Origin: an uncultured delta proteobacterium
GTDB taxonomy: Bacteria > Desulfobacterota > Desulfomonilia > UBA1062
Assembly: GCA_963785235.1 (NCBI GenBank)
Contig: CAWAUM010000005.1
Span: 1 to 64,000 of the forward strand
Length of the DNA stretch: 64,000 nucleotides
Direction: 5' to 3'
The position numbers and the translations under genes were made by a program. Shown piece by piece: positions 59,882-64,000 of the stretch. A model generated the notes under the pieces. The model saw only the letters and a program-made list of their open reading frames with translations, was not told where the DNA came from and made no database searches. The stretch's first letter is position 1; every line of letters starts with the position of its first letter.

Positions 59882-59994
59882 TAGCCAATTGTAAAAAGGT
59901 GTCGCCCCCGCGAAGGCGGGGGGCCAGAAGGATTTGAAAATACTGGATTCCCGCTTCCGCGGGAATGACATCTTGAGAGTTTTGCAATAGGCTC
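59882..59994 (+). mobile_element. MITE-like element with CGTC-type REP dimer (best-preserved copy)
   Basis: TAGCCAATTGTAAAA..GTCGCCCCCGCGAAGGCGGGGGGCCAG..CTGGATTCCCGCTTCCGCGGGAATGAC..TTTTGCAATAGGCTC. Confidence 0.75.
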
Positions 59995-60031
59995 AAGGGG
60001 CAAACGTTTAACTGGCTTAAGGTGAATACTA

Positions 60032-60736
60032 CTAAACGAACCCTTCTTTCACGGCGAGATCGTCCAGTTCCAGGGTGAGGGCATCTTCTGTCTCGGGGTC
60101 TTCAGGCAGCCTGATTCTCGTGTCCACTATCTTGAAGTAGCGGTTACATTCCCTGCAGAAATTAACGCGAACGCCATCGAGACCTTCGGCCTCAAAGTAG
60201 CCTTGTGTATTATAATCGGTATTACTGCATGAGGGACATTTGAAGCGGGCAAACCGCCAGGAATGACCGCATGAAAGACAGTGCAGCGTCCTTTTGTCTT
60301 CGGCATCAAATCCGATCCTTGGGTATGCACCGCAGAAAGGACAGTCTCCCTGGGACCATGATTCAGGTATCAGGTGGGTATTTTTTTCCCGCAGCAGAAG
60401 GAGAAACCTGGAAAATGCATTTTGCATGATTGCCTGGAGGAGATCACTCTGTGAACCCGCTATTGCATCGGTATCTTTTCCAGATGCAGCCTCCTTGAGT
60501 GCTTCTGTCATGTCAAATGCAGGCTCGGATCCGGTTACATCTTTCCACACCTTGGCACATGTATCTGCAAAAAGTGGAATTAAATCTGCAAGATCGGCCA
60601 GTTCACGGCATGTTGTTTTTAATTCAGGGATGTCGGTGCCTTCCATTGCGTGAACGATTTTTTCGCGCAGCGTTTTTACCCCGTGGATGACATCGGCCTG
60701 CGCCGGATATGCCTTCATAATGGACTCCCAGTTCAT
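60032..60736 (-). CDS. fdhE: Formate dehydrogenase accessory protein FdhE
   Basis: CPFCG, CLSC..W..R.KCPSC, CREC..YFK and TLELDDLA; divergent from fdnG. Confidence 0.88.
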   Translation of the reverse strand: MNWESIMKAYPAQADVIHGVKTLREKIVHAMEGTDIPELKTTCRELADLADLIPLFADTCAKVWKDVTGSEPAFDMTEALKEAASGKDTDAIAGSQSDLLQAIMQNAFSRFLLLLREKNTHLIPESWSQGDCPFCGAYPRIGFDAEDKRTLHCLSCGHSWRFARFKCPSCSNTDYNTQGYFEAEGLDGVRVNFCRECNRYFKIVDTRIRLPEDPETEDALTLELDDLAVKEGFV

Positions 60737-60798
60737 GATTGAAAGGGTATGGGAAATCCGGGGTTAAGTCAAGGCGTTCCTGGATAATAAGCAGCTAC

Positions 60799-60842
60799 AT
60801 TATGTAATTATTTGCATAATTTACAATGAATGATTGTTCATT
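60799..60842. promoter_or_regulatory. Two adjacent palindromic operators in the fdhE/fdnG intergenic region
   Basis: ATTATGTAA-TTAT-TTGCATAAT (60799-60820) and AATGAAT-GATT-GTTCATT (60825-60842). Confidence 0.5.
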
Positions 60843-60885
60843 TATTATGCTTCAAGTAAAAAAATCCACCACGGGAGAGTGCTCT

Positions 60886-63800
60886 ATGGATATCACGAGG
60901 AGAAATTTCCTCAAGATCGCAGGTGGCACTGTAGCAACTGCCGGATTTGGAACCGGGATAGGCATTAAGCCTGCATTCGCCCAGTCCAGGAAGGTCCAGT
61001 ATGCGCAGGAAGTGCCTACGATCTGCCCCTACTGCGGCGTGGGCTGCGGTATCATTGCCCATGTAAGGAACGGCAAGGTGATCAACACGGAAGGCGACCC
61101 GGATCATCCAATAAACAAGGGCTCGCTGTGCCCCAAAGGCGGTTCGCTCTATCAGATCGCGAACAATGACAGGCGAAACGAGAAGGTCCGCTACCGTGCC
61201 CCGGGCTCCGATTCCTGGGAAGATGTAGAGTGGGACTGGGCATTAGAGAAGATCACCACAAACCTGAAAAAGGCCAGGGATGCCGGGTTCAAAACCGCCA
61301 ATGACAAAGGCGAGGTAGTGAACCGTCTGGAAACCGTAGCCTCCATCGGTGGAGCATCGCTTGACAACGAAGAGGTCTATGCCCTGACCAAGATGAACAG
61401 GGCACTCGGTCTGGTGTGGGTAGAGCACCAGGCCCGGATCTGACACAGCGCCACCGTCGCCGGTCTGGCGGCATCATTTGGTCGCGGTGTCATGACAAAC
61501 CATTGGAACGACATCCAGCATGCAGACTCCATCCTCATCATGGGGTCAAACCCTGCTGAGAACCATCCCATCTCCTTCAAGTGGGTGAATGAGGCAAGGA
61601 GCAAGAGGAAGGCCAGTCTTATCGTAGTGGACCCGAGGTTCACCAGGTCTGCGGCAACGGCCGATATCTATGCGCGCATAAGGCCGGGCACGGACATCGC
61701 CTTTTTGGGCGCCATGATAAACTATGCCATTGAGAAGAACCGCATCAACGAGGAGTATGTCAAAAATTATACCGACGCGGCCTATCTCGTGAGCCCTGAA
61801 TTCCAGGGGCCGGTCGATCTCGACGGGGCCTTCTCGGGACTTACCGGGGCCAAGTACGACAAGGCCACCTGGGGCTATCAGATGGACGAAAACGGAATAC
61901 CCAAGATGGACCTCACCCTGCAGGATCCCATGTGCGTATTCCAGCTCCTGAAGAAACACTATTCAAGATATACCCTGAAGAAATCCAGTGAGCTCACCGG
62001 TTGCGACATAGCATCCCTGGAAGCGGTCTGCGATGCATACACCTCCACATATAAACCCGAACTCTCGGGCACCATCATGTATGCCATGGGGACCACCCAG
62101 CATACCTATGGCTCCCAGAACGTCAGGGCCTACGCGGTTGTACAGCTCCTTCTCGGCAACATCGGCGTGGCGGGCGGCGGTATCAATGCATTGCGCGGCG
62201 AAAGCAACGTGCAGGGCTCCACGGACCACGGCGCCCTGTTCCATATCCTCACCGGCTACCTCAAGTATCCCAAGGCCAATCAGCCTACGCTGGTCAAGTA
62301 CAATGAGGACAACACCCCCAAGACCAAGGACCCCAAGAGCCTGAACTGGTGGGGAAACACCCCGAAGTACATGGCGAGCCTCATGAAGGCCTGGTGGAGG
62401 GATGCCGATCTGGAGACTTCATACAGCTATCTTCCCAAGATCGATGACGGAAAGAACTATTCCTACCTGCCCATATTCAGCACCATGGCCACTGGCGATA
62501 TCAAGGGTTTGTTCTGCTGGGGTATGAATCCCGCTGTGGGTGCTCCGAGTTCCAAGATGATAAGGCGCGCCCTTGCCCAGCTCGACTGGATGGTGTGCGT
62601 CGACCTGTGGGAGACCGAGACATCGGCCTTCTGGCAGAAGGAAGCCGGAGTGAACCCGGCCGATATCAAGACAGAGGTCTTCCTGCTTCCGGCAGCCTCC
62701 TCTGTGGAAAAAGAAGGATCAATATCCAATTCAGGCAGGTGGGTGCAGTGGCGGTACAAGGCCATCGATCCAATAGGACATGCCGAGGACGACCTCTGGA
62801 TCATCAACCAGATCGTTGGCCGTATGAAAAACCTTTATAAAAAAGAAGGCGGGGCATTCCCCGACCCCATCATCAACCTTACCTGGAACTACGGCAAGGT
62901 GGGCCTTGACGGGATGATTCACAACCCGTCCCCGCGCGAGGTGGCCAAGGAGATCAACGGCTACTTCATTGCTGAAAAGGAGATCGAGGACAAGGTCAAG
63001 AAGGAGATCAAGAAGTTCAAGCCCGGTGACATGGTTCCCAGTTTTGCCATGCTCCAGGACGACGGCTCAACGTGCTGCGGATGCTGGGTCTATTGCGGTT
63101 CGGTCTCCGACACCGAGAACAAGCTGATGAAGCGCGACGCCACCGACCCGACCGGCCTGGGCATGTTCCCCAACTGGTCCTGGTCCTGGCCCGTTAACCG
63201 CAGGATCGTTTACAACCGGGCCAGCGTGAATACAGAAGGAAAACCCTATGCCAAAGACAAGCCCGTACTCTGGTGGAGCGCTCTGAAAAAGGTCTGGCTG
63301 GGTGACATACCCGATGGCAACGGCGATCCGGATGCCATACTCCCCTTCATCATGGTGCCGCACGGAAGAGGCATGCTCTTCGCAGCCGGTATGAGCGACG
63401 GGCCTTTCCCCGAGCACTATGAACCGCTGGAATCCGCTGTGAAGAATACCTTCAGCTCCCAGCAGGTCTCGCCGGTCATCACCAGGTGGGATGAGAAGGC
63501 CAAAGAAAAGACCTGTAACCCGATCATTGCGGAAGGCTGCATCGCCGCGACATACGGGAGTGAGGATATCAAGGATTTCCCCATCATCTGCTCTACCTAC
63601 CGTGTTACCGAACACTGGCAGACAGGCCAGATGACCAGGTGGCTGCCGTGGCTCGGCGAGATGGTTCCGAGCCAGTTTGTGGAGATGAGCGAAGAATTAG
63701 CAAAGGAAAAAGGCATCACATTCGGCGACAAGGTGCGTGTAACATCAGCCAGAAATGTCGAAGGCATTGTGGCATATGTCATGATCACGAAACGTCTGAA

Positions 63801-63972
63801 ACCCTTTGTCATCGCGGGGAAAACCCATCACATGGTGGGTATTACCTGGCACTTCGGGTATAAGGGCCTGGTCACAGGAGCCATTGCCAACGATCTTACC
63901 CCGTTCATCGGAGATCCGAATACCATGATACCCGAATACAAGGCGTTCCTTGTCAACGTTGTGAAGGCATAA
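60886..63972 (+). CDS. fdnG: Tat-exported selenocysteine formate dehydrogenase-N alpha subunit; Sec at TGA 61441-61443
   Basis: TRRNFLK Tat signal, CPYCGVGC, EHQARI-U-HSATVAGL readthrough, MTNHWND, LRGESNVQG and IPEYKAFLVNV. Confidence 0.95.
61444..61473 (+). promoter_or_regulatory. Bacterial SECIS element
   Basis: GTCGCC-GGTCT-GGCGGC hairpin 12 nt after the UGA. Confidence 0.85.
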
Positions 63973-63984
63973 GGGGGGTGTGAC

Positions 63985-64000
63985 ATGGCAGAATTCATTA
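63985..64000 (+). CDS. Start of the next gene, probably the FDH Fe-S beta subunit (truncated by the window edge)
   Basis: ATG after a GGGGGG RBS right after fdnG; identity inferred from position only. Confidence 0.45.

Overview
Chromosomal window from a strictly anaerobic, selenocysteine-using bacterium. Gene content suggests a Desulfobacterota/Syntrophales-like fatty-acid oxidiser (inference). The assembly carries many single-base indels: more than a dozen genes are split across frames, so frameshifts are treated as sequencing errors. Left to right: (1) an AT-rich, sigma54-driven, secreted multidomain protein (discoidin-PKD-discoidin-PKD-beta-propeller-discoidin) downstream of an ACP / acyl-AMP ligase / PP-loop amidotransferase cassette; (2) accessory genes: AAA+DUF4143 ATPase, papain-like protease and higBA, with GTAG-type REPs; (3) citrate synthase and an MFS transporter; (4) a membrane-AraC-linked catabolic cluster (ADC-like protein, 3 SDRs, hydrolase, a non-AdhE ALDH/Fe-ADH fusion, alkylsulfatase, split UxaA/SuyAB-like lyase, Tat phosphodiesterase); (5) MalT/BTAD and PAS-LuxR regulators, each followed by a candidate sRNA; (6) a roughly 19-kb H2/formate/CO2 locus; (7) icmF, cobO, thiolase, fdhE and a second, Tat-exported Sec formate dehydrogenase (fdnG). 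The H2/formate/CO2 locus holds a group A3 [FeFe]-hydrogenase whose HydB has a GltD/NfnB-like NADP(H) module in place of the C-terminal ferredoxin arm, H-cluster maturases, a partnerless Sec formate dehydrogenase with a HydA-like docking module, an OFA transporter, a carbonic anhydrase and a DRTGG/kinase/PHP module. It is the best candidate for an undescribed system: a modular H2/formate-NADH/NADPH complex. No rRNA, tRNA, CRISPR array or transposase was recognised.
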